From: Isurus oxyrinchus | Lineage: Eukaryota | NCBI GenBank assembly: GCA_026770705.1 | Contig: JANJGN010000036.1 | Location: forward strand, 1,798,001-1,862,000 | DNA: 64,000 nt | Reading direction: 5' to 3' | Part shown: piece by piece, positions 40,381 to 50,350 of the stretch | Layout: every line of letters starts with the position of its first letter | How positions within the stretch are numbered: position 1 is the stretch's first letter | The notes under the pieces: generated by a model | The model's input: only the letters and a program-made list of their open reading frames with translations | The model's database searches: none | What the model was told of the DNA's origin: nothing | Made by a program: the position numbers and the translations under genes

Positions 40381-40476
40381 TATTGAGAAACACTGAAGCC
40401 GGTTTTGTTGAATCCACAGCTCCATTCGGCGTGCCGAGATTCAGCATTTGAAGGAGCCGTGATTTAAAGGCATCTT

Positions 40477-40791
40477 GCCTAAATAGCCAAGTGGTTATGG
40501 TACTGGGTTTGTAACCCCAAGATCGAGAGTTCAAATCTCACAATGGCAAACTATGACACAATGTAACTTCATCTGAAACAGATGGAAACGGCTTTGTGCT
40601 CAAAAGAGTATCAAGAGTTCAAATCTCACACTGGCAAACTATGAAACATGTAACTTCATCTGAAACTGATGGAAACGGGTTTGTGCTCGAAAGAGTATCA
40701 AGAGTTCAAATCTCACAATTGCCAAACTATGAAACAATGTAACTTCATCTGATTAGGAACAGATGGAAACGTGTTTGTACTCGAAAGAGTT
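40477..40791 (+). mobile_element. tRNA-headed SINE-like element with three tandem 87-88-bp B-box units
   Basis: A-box TAGCCAAGTGG; GAGTTCAAATCTC at 40527, 40615 and 40702. Confidence 0.7.
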
Positions 40792-41289
40792 ACCTGCTCT
40801 GGTCGGGCTAATTACCAGATCATTGCTATCAGATACACTCACATGAACAAACAACTTGCTTCAGCAGCTTTGATTCCAATGCAAATAATATGTCGTACAA
40901 AACACAGACATCTCCAGCTGCAGGTTTTTATATTAAGACACCGCTTAGTTGGAATCACGCTAAGAATTAAACCTGCAGATTTGATCCAACAATAATTATT
41001 CAATCACATTGGGCTTTCATTCTGTGAAGCCCCTTTGCTCCTGCCGGCACATTGTTAAATGGTAATGATCACTTCGCAAATTGTACATTTTGCCAAGGGA
41101 TCTGTTCCACTGTTTCCAAGTCAAGACACAACGTCTCAGACTCTGACTCGAGGTACATTGAAGGCCTGGTCCATGACCGCAGCCTTTAGGAATTCCTGTG
41201 ATTGATACCAGGGGGAGGACAATAAGCACACACTTTTGGCATTCCTCTCTCCGCCTCATCCCTCTGCTTCCACATTAGCTCAAGTTTCC

Positions 41290-41885
41290 AGGAAGGTTAG
41301 GACTGTGATACCACATAACTGCATTCCTCGTGTTCACTCATTGTCGAACGCTTATCACCCTTCTCCTGCTCTCTTTGTGGCATCAGCAAATTTAGCTACT
41401 ATACCTTCAGTCCATTCATACAAGGTCATTTATATAAACTGGAAAATGTTGAGGCCCCGGTACTAATCAGTGTAACAAACTATTCATTGCAAACTGCCAA
41501 CCAGGAAATAAATACCCATTTACGGTAACCCACTGTTTCCTGTTAGCCTGATAATCTGCTAGCCATGCATATATGTCGCACCCTACACCATGAGCTTTTA
41601 ACTATCGCAATATCCTGTAATGTGGCAGTGTATAAAATGCGTTCTGCAAGTCCTAATTCAGTATATTCACCAGCTCCCCTTGAGCCACAGCACATGCAAC
41701 TCCTTCAAAGAATTCCATTAAATTGATTAGATTTCATTTCCCTTCACAAACCCATGTTACTGTATCAAATTGCAGTGATGTTTCCTCAGCGGCCTGCCAT
41801 CACATTTTCAATCATAGCTACCCACATTTTCCCAGTGGCAGAAGTTAAGTGGCCCGTAGTTTCAGCCTTTCTGTCTCCCTCCCAA
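41290..41885 (-). mobile_element. CR1-type LINE RT fragment
   Basis: Reverse-strand CR1 RT-like sequence. Confidence 0.55.
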
Positions 41886-42153
41886 TTCCCGATTTACAGT
41901 TATTTCTGGGATGTTACTTATCGTGAGAAGTGATGCAAAATTTGGACATGGACTCCTTCAGTACCTGAGCAGTCGTGAATGGAATGGTGTTGAGCATTGT
42001 GTAATCATCAGTGGACAAGTTAAAAAAAGGCATCGCATTTACTTGGAAGTCCAGCATCACCATAGCCTGTCATTATAAATGCAAGCATTCAGCACCTTTA
42101 CCTTTCATCTCTCAATTCCCAAAGACAAGCTCTCTTCACTAACTTTCCCCAGT

Positions 42154-42297
42154 NNNNNNNNNNNNNNNNNNNNNNNNNNNNNNNNNNNNNNNNNNNNNNN
42201 NNNNNNNNNNNNNNNNNNNNNNNNNNNNNNNNNNNNNNNNNNNNNNNNNNNNNNNNNNNNNNNNNNNNNNNNNNNNNNNNNNNNNNNNNNNNNNNNN
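42154..42297. other. N gap
   Basis: Run of N. Confidence 0.99.
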
Positions 42298-44165
42298 CCA
42301 AAACACATATAAAACCAATATCCATCTTCACACACTGAACTTCAGTCAATCACCTTGTTTGCATATCCGCCAATGCACTTGCACAACAAAATGAAATGGT
42401 CACCAGCTTCAGCACCTTTCTGGGGGAGGGACATTCAGATTTACACTCCACATTCCACAAAACTTGTTTGTCTAAAACGCAATGCAATGACAGTAAAACT
42501 CTGGCATGTAGGTTTAATGTTGAACACAAACCAAAAGTCAACGTGAGAAAATGATATGTAACCATGAGACATTTCCTGCATCACTGCCCGTGTCCCTCTC
42601 CTGCTGTGTTCTAATTGTGTAAATGATAGAACACATCACATCTCAGACAATGAAACCCAACGCCAACAGCATCTCAATACAGGACTGATATTGTCGGCTG
42701 AACAGAAATTGCAGTTTTATTCAAATGGCATTTAATTATAAAGTAATTAATAATCATTACAATCATCCGGTGCATCGTTATAATCGCAAAGTAATTTATT
42801 TTATTCAGATGCAAACATTAAGAAATCAACATCCTGTCAGTAACTGGAGTTACAGGATCAGCAGAAAATGCCCAGAAAAACGATGGAAGGTCCCTACTGC
42901 TTGCTCAATGTTTCCTTCACACTTGAGATGCACGATGACGGTGGAATATCCTTAACAATATCCAAAACAAATTCTACATTTAGCAAAATAAGCCAGTCTT
43001 TGTAGATCTGGGCAGTGAACGAGGAACGTTTATTTGTTTGAAAGGAGTCTCCTTTGCTCCATGTTGATTTCCACAAAGCTGTTGGTTCTTTGGCAATTCC
43101 TGTCTCCTCCATAATTCATCAGACAGAAACAGTCCCGAATCTCAGCTGCGACCTGCCTCTTTTTTGATCTTTTATCCAATGCAGCCAAGTCCAGACAGGC
43201 GTACAGAGGTCTGCCTTGGGTCTTGGAGACATACTTAAACATTAAAAATCGAAAGTAATAAAAGGACAAGTCAGATTATCCACTTCCCCAACCGCGTTTC
43301 ATAGAGTCATGGAATGAAGCAGCGCAGGAGGAGGACATTCGGCCCATTGCGTCTGTGCCAGCTCTTCGAAAGAACAATGCAATTAAAAACATTGTATCTT
43401 CTCTGTCCCCATATCGCTGCCAGTATTTACCCTTTGACTATGTTTTTGTAATTCCTTCTTGATAGTTATTATTGGACCTTCTTCCAATGCCCTTTATATC
43501 AGTTTGAGGATTTTTTTGCTTCATCTGTCTGAATTGAGACAGGGAAGCAGGACCCGGAAAGCAACCAGAAATCACCAAAGTTTCATCAGAAAACTGGGAT
43601 GATGAGTTTATCAATTTGATTGGATTGTATTGTTGTTAATTAGCCAATCCGATCCCCATGTTTCATGATCAGCCATCTACACGATTGAGTAGAGCCAACA
43701 GCACGAATCACATTCAGAGGAATCACACTCACACACACCCAAAAGTAAAAGACTTGCGTTCTCTTGGCCTGTCACGAACTAAAGAATCCTCAGAACATTT
43801 TACACTCACCTATTTCAGTTGTGGTCTCTATCCTTATTGCAACCGGACAGCCAGTCTGCGCACAGTAAGATCCCATAAACCACAATGTTGTAATGACCCT
43901 GATTTTGTAAAAGATGTTGGTTCAGAGACAACATAAGAAACGGGGCACCAGGAACAGCCGCTCCCCAACAGCCCAAGCACTGCTCTTCTCGCAATAGTGG
44001 CGGTGCCATCTTTTAATTGACCTGAGAGGGCAGACAAGGCCTCAGTTTAATGTTTCATGCGCAAACAGCACCTCAGACAGCGCAGCACCTGCTCTGGTGG
44101 TTCAGTATAGATTTTCTGCTCAAGTCTCTGGATACACACGCACACACACACTCACACACAGAAAT

Positions 44166-44308
44166 NNNNNNNNNNNNNNNNNNNNNNNNNNNNNNNNNNN
44201 NNNNNNNNNNNNNNNNNNNNNNNNNNNNNNNNNNNNNNNNNNNNNNNNNNNNNNNNNNNNNNNNNNNNNNNNNNNNNNNNNNNNNNNNNNNNNNNNNNNN
44301 NNNNNNNN
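44166..44308. other. N gap within CA-rich repeat
   Basis: Run of N. Confidence 0.99.
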
Positions 44309-46723
44309 CACACAAAATACACAAACAGAGACATGCAGACACATACGCACACACACACACACAGACATAAACACACAAAGTGCGCACACACATGCATGGA
44401 GATGCAGACACAGTCACAGACACACACAAACACAGACACATACACATTCACACACACACATACACACACACACTTTCTGCCCGAACTCGTTCCATCTTTG
44501 TCAATTTACAACGGAAATACATGTTGATTTATCTATAAAACTCCTTTGGGTTTTGCCTTAACTTAATCGTAATTCCATTGGCTAATGTACTTACTGAATT
44601 GGTTGGCGTGGGGAGTCAGAAAGGTGGGAAACGAGGGAGGGGGATTCGACTCACTGTAGGCGCAAATAAAAATAGCAGAAAGATAAAAAGTTTAGCTGCT
44701 GGAAATCCGCAGTGAAATTACTCTACCCTTTGTATGGACAGATGGGGAGAGGAACTTGGGGTTATGTTCTGATTCCACGAGGAGGGATGAGTGGCATTTA
44801 GTACAAATTTAGATGTTCCAGTCTGGGACCTGGTTTCTATTAACCATCTGAAATGTGCAGCATGGGATTCCTTGCAGCTTATCCCAGAAAAACACGTGTT
44901 TGTATATTATTACAACAGTGTAAAAAAACTCACCGTTATTGCATCCTGAAATGCCTGCTTAGCCTCTGTTTGACGGTGGTCGCCTGTGTTATTAATGGTT
45001 ATGATCAGAATTGAAATGTTTCCCAGCCTGGCTAATCCATAATTAATTACAGACACACCATGTGACAATGATCCGCAAATCTTCCAATTGCCCCAATATG
45101 TCAATGGGCCCCAGATGTCAATGGAGCCCCAATCCACCGAAGCTTCCCCAATACGTGAAAGGTCCCTCAATAATTCAGTGGAGCGGTATTCACCATTGGG
45201 TGGACAGGCACTATCTACTCTTGGTGCTAAGCATCTATTCTCCATCTGGTCTATTACTAACAGTATTTGTACCAGTAATTGCCACTTTTTATGGGGCCAA
45301 CAGGCAGCAGAGCGATTGTAAAACATTTTGATAACAGGGAATGGTCTTAAGCATTTTTCCAATTCCAGCCACTTGTCATTCAATCCGTGCTAACATTTGA
45401 ATGCAACTTACCCGTGTGCAGCTCATTCTGTCCCTCTCTTTGCCTTTTCCCTCTCAAGCTAAAACTGCCTTCAAACAAAAAGATCAAACATGTCTTAAGT
45501 CTTTTAAATCCTGGGCTCAAGTGCCAGAAAATGTTGAGAAGGAATTTGTCGAGTGGTCGTAGAATAAATCTTAAAAGATCATGGAAAATGTCAGCATATA
45601 TCATTGGAATCAGAGTTGGATTTCAAACGGGTGAGGCACATTGTCCAATATAGAGAAGGTGCTCGGGATGAATTTTGCAAATGGTTCAGTTACTCAATTT
45701 CCATTGTGGGATCTCTGGTATCGTTCTTCTAAAAGGAGAATCTGCAATTAGCATTTCAACACTACAAGAAGGGAACCAAGTGAGACAAACAATTATTAAA
45801 ATGTCCCTGATAAATATCAATTCTCACCTGATCTGCCGCTTTTAAGAATCCAAATGGAAATAAGGACCAAGAGTAGAACCAGTATCACCAGGACAGTTAT
45901 GAGAACAGGAGGGGCCAGACTGCACCATCCTACAGAGACAAAACACTTAGAACCTGCTGCTCGGTCAAATCATCCTTTTCTGGGATTATCTGATGGGAAA
46001 AGTGACCCAAATGGAAGCCCAGAAACAGTCCATTCGAACGATCGTGCCAGTGCAGGCCCTTTGAAAGAGGTATCTAATTAGTCCCATTCTCCCTGCTCTT
46101 CCCCGCCCATAGCCATGTAAATGTTTCCCCTCCAAGTATTGATCCGATTCCCCCTTTTGAAAGTTCCTATCGAATCTGCTTCCACCGCCGTTTCAGGCAG
46201 CGCCTTCCAGATCACAGCAACTCGCTGCGTTTTAATGAATTCTCCTTATCACCCTCTCTGGTTCTTTTCCCGATTCTCTTCAAGCTGTCTCCTTCTGGTT
46301 ACCGACCCCCCTGCCAGTAGAAACATTTTCTCCCAGTTTACTCCATCGAAACCCCTCATAATTTTAAACGCCTCGATTTAATGTCCCCTCAACTTTTACT
46401 GTTCTAAGGAGAACAACACGAGATTCTAGTTCCTCCACATTAACTGAAGTCCGCCATCGCTGATCCCATTCAATTAAATGCCCGCTATACCCTTTCTAAG
46501 GCATTCTTGCCTGTTTCCTGCTTCTAAAGTACATCCAGTGCAGAACGGACGTCAAATCCATTCCAAAGTGCACCGCCTGTGAAAAAAAGCAGTGGAAGTA
46601 GATTCAACAAAAATTTTCAGAAGGAAACCCCGTTATGACTCGGAGAGGGAAATGTGAAAGGGCTTTGGGGAAACTGATTTCAAAGTTGAATAAAAACCTT
46701 CATTGTTGAAATAACATTCTCAC

Positions 46724-47046
46724 CTGTCCCTACTACTTTGGGGAACGACACGCACTTTATCCAATATTTGACTGAAGACCCCAGTTGAACAATACAAATA
46801 CAAACAGCGGCGCTTCTCCGGGTTTCCCTCAGCACCACGACGTGACTTCTGATACTGTAGGTCCCATCCGCCTCCATTGTACCGGGATCTCTCAGTCCAT
46901 CAGTGGCCAGGCCGGAAATATTCCAGAAAATAACAATCTGGTTGGAAGAAACTCCACTGACCAGACACACTAAGGGGACCGTTTCCCACAAATGCAGCTC
47001 ACCTGCGGAGCAAACATCAGCACAGCCGCCTTGTTGGTGGAACTCT
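46724..47046 (-). pseudogene. Gene D C1 exon
   Basis: ESSTNKAAVLMFAP/GELHLWETVPLVCLVSG..IFWNISG..DGTYSIRSHV..CICIVQ. Confidence 0.88.
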
Positions 47047-49019
47047 CTGGACAGAGATTGGGGCACAGTTAGTGATTAATTTGCACGAAATGATAATGCT
47101 CTGCATGATCGGAATTCATTTCACTTGCTCTCTCACCTCCAACCAGTAGTGTTGGTGCATTCTGTATCGGTACATCGCTACCCCTACGAGCACAGTGATA
47201 GGAACCCGAGTCATTCACCTGGACATTGCGAATTTCCAGAATCATCAAATTTGTGCTGTTGCCTTTTTTTGGAAATAAATTTTCAACCGGTCTCCTGACA
47301 GGGCTGGCTGTCGATTAGTGTCGGGGCTTCACCCACAGGGTGGTTGTACCAGAAATAGTGAGACACCGATTCCACTTCGTAACCGCATGGATTCCACCGT
47401 TTCTCCGACTTTAGCTGTCGTGATGATGGGGCTCTGAGACAGACAGGGTTCGGATTCTGCAACTAGAGGGATTTTTGTTACATTATCACTGGTTAATGAG
47501 GGATAGGAAGCTGCTGCTTTGAAACATTTCACATTTAATTTAAGCAAAGTTACATCATTGGCTTTACATATTCTTGGTTAGATTAATTCTCCAATTAGAT
47601 TTTTTTCGCTTCATAAGAGGAACTAGTAAACATACTCACATGATTAGGTCAAACTCCTTCACCTGGCCTCTGGGTTACATTTTCAGTTTAGTAAACACTG
47701 ATTCTGGCTCATTCAAGTTTCAAATTCTCCCCTGCCTCTTACTCACCATATACCCGCAGCATTTGGAGAATAAGCATCAGAATTAACGATTCCAATGACA
47801 TCTTGACGCGCTGAGTATTTCCTGTTTTCGCTCTCACCAGTTTAGTGATTGCAGGCGGAGTGGCCGCAGACAGCCCTGAGCTCAGTCGCAGTCAACAGCT
47901 TCACTTTCAGATGCGTTGGAAACTATGACGAGTTATGCTATGGAAAGTATGACGCCATTTTGGGTGGGTGTCCTGGTGAATACCACATGCATTTTTCATA
48001 CTGTGGTCACCGTTTGTGCGTCACAGCGGCCAAGTTGCAGCATGTTTATAAATAAATTTACTGGGTTGTGGTTCATTGTGTCGAGGGTGCGGGTGTCAAA
48101 GAATACTAATTGGGTGTATGGATGCTGAATAGTGTAGTTAAAGTTTATTTCATTCTGGGGATATCATGGCCTCTGGCAAGGCCAGAATGCATTAACCATC
48201 ACCGAATGTCACTTGGGAAGGTGGTGGTGAGCTGCCTTCCTGAACCACTGAAAGTACACACACAGTGCTTTCAGGGTGGGAGTTCCAGGATTTTGAATCA
48301 ATGACAGTGAAGGAACTGTGATGAATTTCCAAGTCAGAGTGATGAGTGGCATGGAGGGGAATTTGCAGTGGGCGGTGTTCCCAAGTATTTGCTGAATTTG
48401 GATGTCAATGTTGCAGAGTACGCAGGTTTGGAAAAAAACGCCAAGAATTTAGTGTTACGTGATAATACTCACTATTAGCTATTCTGTAAACAGGTTGTAC
48501 AGGATTCGTAAGACATTCTGGTTAACACAGAGACTGGATATATTGGATGAAATGTATGTGGATTAATTTTAATTTTAATGACATGTATCTTATTCAATAT
48601 GCACAAATTACGCAGAGGCCTAGAGAGGAATTCTAATGCAACAAACACGATCACTCACTGCACTTATCGAGAATCTAAATGAACGAATCTCTTTCGAATT
48701 CAGTTCTGCCCCTTAAAATGTTCGTGCACCGTCCTCCTTTCTGCTAAGTCACATTGAGTAGGTTTTCGGACTGACTTATTCTATTATATAAAGCGCCAAG
48801 GGGGGTTACCGTGAATTCAGTTCATTGTTCAGTTCTGAGTTCATTGTTGAATTCTAATTACCAATGACTTGAGTGATAGGTCCCGTGAAGAGAGTTTCAA
48901 ACAATAATACATCTTTCACTTTGCATTGTTATCTAAGCGCGTTTACAGCAGTTCAATGGAAAATTCACTGCACAGTTATGAATTTGACGTTGTCGTTAAG
49001 CTGCTTTGATGTTGCAGTT

Positions 49020-50050
49020 TACAGAGTTACATAGAACGTACAGCACAGAAACAGGCCATTCCGACCCGAATACTCGTGCTTGTGTTTATGGTCTGCACGA
49101 GCCTTCTCCCACCCTCTCTTCATCTCAGCCCAACAACATTTCCTTTTATTCCTTTCTCCCGCATTTGTTTATCCAGCTTCCCACTGAAATGCATCTCTGA
49201 AATAGACTGAAGCATTCCCTTTGGGAGCGGGTTCCAGATGCTCCCCTGGGTAAAGATGTTTCCCCTGAATTTCAGACTGGCTTTATCTCATATTAATCAC
49301 CTCTCGTTACGAAGGGCGATAGGAACACAGGAGCAGGATTAAGCCATTGGGCCATTCGAGACTGCTCCACCATTCAATAAGATTATGGCCGATCTGGTTG
49401 TGGCCTCAACTCCACTATGCTGTCTGTCGCTCATACGCCTTGACTCCCGTGCCTAACAAAAACCTGTCCGTCACGGGGCCTTGAATAAATTCAAGGACCC
49501 ATCCGCGACTACTTTCTGGGGAAGAGAATACCACACATGAGTGACCCATTGGGTGAAAACAAATCTCGTCATCTCTGTCTTAAAAAGGAGACCTTGATTT
49601 TTGATCGATGTCCAGAGATTTGGCAACAACAGGAAGCACCTTCGGGGTATCCGCCCTATCAAGGCCCCTCAGGAACCTATATGTTTCAATACGATCACCT
49701 TTCATTCCTCTAAACCCCAAATGGAATTTTTGAATTCTTGAGTGATGACCAATATTTTTGAAATCCTGCAGAATTAGAGCCAGCTTCCCTACGGCTGCCT
49801 ATTTGGACCATTTCATAATTGTAAAGACCTCGATCTGGTCGTCCCTCAATCTCTCATCCCCACCCTCCAAAACACTTTTTAGAGAAACGAGCCTCAGCCT
49901 GTTCATTCCTTCCTGTTATTTATAAGCTCTCAGTTCCCGTATCATCCTTGTGAAATATTAACTGCACCTTTATCAATATCTCTGTATCTGAATATGGAGA
50001 ATATTTCTCGAATATGCAGGACTGTGTTCTGTACTCCAAGTGTAGTCTAA
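49020..50050 (-). mobile_element. Nested CR1-type 3' fragments between genes D and E
   Basis: CAGCACAGAAACAGGCCATT and AGGAACACAGGAGCAGGA..CCACCATTCAATAAGAT CR1 3' ends. Confidence 0.6.
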
Positions 50051-50120
50051 CTAATGTGAATACATACCTGGTGTATTTTGGAAATCAGATGATGCGTGCG
50101 CGACAGCACTTTGACCTGCG

Positions 50121-50140
50121 CTAAACAGGAAAACCACAGA
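50121..50140 (+). promoter_or_regulatory. Adjacent ETS (ACAGGAA) and RUNX (AACCACA) motifs about 170 bp upstream of gene E ATG
   Basis: CTAAACAGGAAAACCACAGA; related AAACAGGAAAC/AAAGAGGAAAC strings lie upstream of F and C (A has AAACAGGCAAC). Confidence 0.45.
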
Positions 50141-50307
50141 GAGCTGTCTACCTCGGCACTATTTTCCAACGCCCATCGTTTAATAATAAACATAGAACGC
50201 CATTCAGGCTGCTTATTTCACACCTCCTTCGCACCGAAAGAATGAGAGCGAGTTCTCAGTGAGATTCGGATCGGGGCTCAGAGTCTGACCGCCTGAAGTC
50301 AGGGACA

Positions 50308-50350
50308 ATGAGATACCTCGGTGTGTGTGCATTGTCCCATCTCTTCCAGG
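50308..50350 (+). CDS. Gene E leader exon
   Basis: ACAATGA start, MRYLGVCALSHLFQ, phase-1 donor CAGG|GTAAGA; joins in frame to VIVSHRLLSQSP. Confidence 0.7.

Larger units (their letters stand above)
43030..47801 (-). pseudogene. Gene D: divergent subfamily-2 V-C1-TM receptor pseudogene, head-to-head with gene E
   Basis: Leader 47801-47747 MSLESLILMLILQMLRVY; V 47462-47137 (CLSQSP..C..FWY..LEIRNVQVNDSGSYHC..APTLLVG; two frameshifts, TGA at 47283-47285); C1 47046-46724 (frameshift near 47003); TM 45929-45828 GWCSLAPPVLITVLVILVLLLVLISIWILKSGRS; phase-compatible cytoplasmic exons 45741-45694, 45468-45412, 44983-44934 and 43221-43030 (PLYACLDL). Tail exons are less certain than V/C1/TM. Confidence 0.8.

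Noticed and set aside
40477-40548. Functional tRNA gene
   Set aside because: Acceptor stem does not pair convincingly and the sequence runs into repeat units; better explained as a SINE head.
40527-40791. CRISPR-like regular repeats (also 55703-55868, 2420-2830)
   Set aside because: Whole units are repeated with no unique spacers; vertebrate DNA with no cas genes.
47191-47229. Perfect CACAGTG heptamer in the D V exon (also TACTGTG at YYC of E, and other CACAGTG hits near 2064, 3084, 4725, 48261, 58804)
   Set aside because: No ACAAAAACC-like nonamer at 12 or 23 bp; the D hit is just the His-Cys codons. No evidence for RSS or rearrangement.
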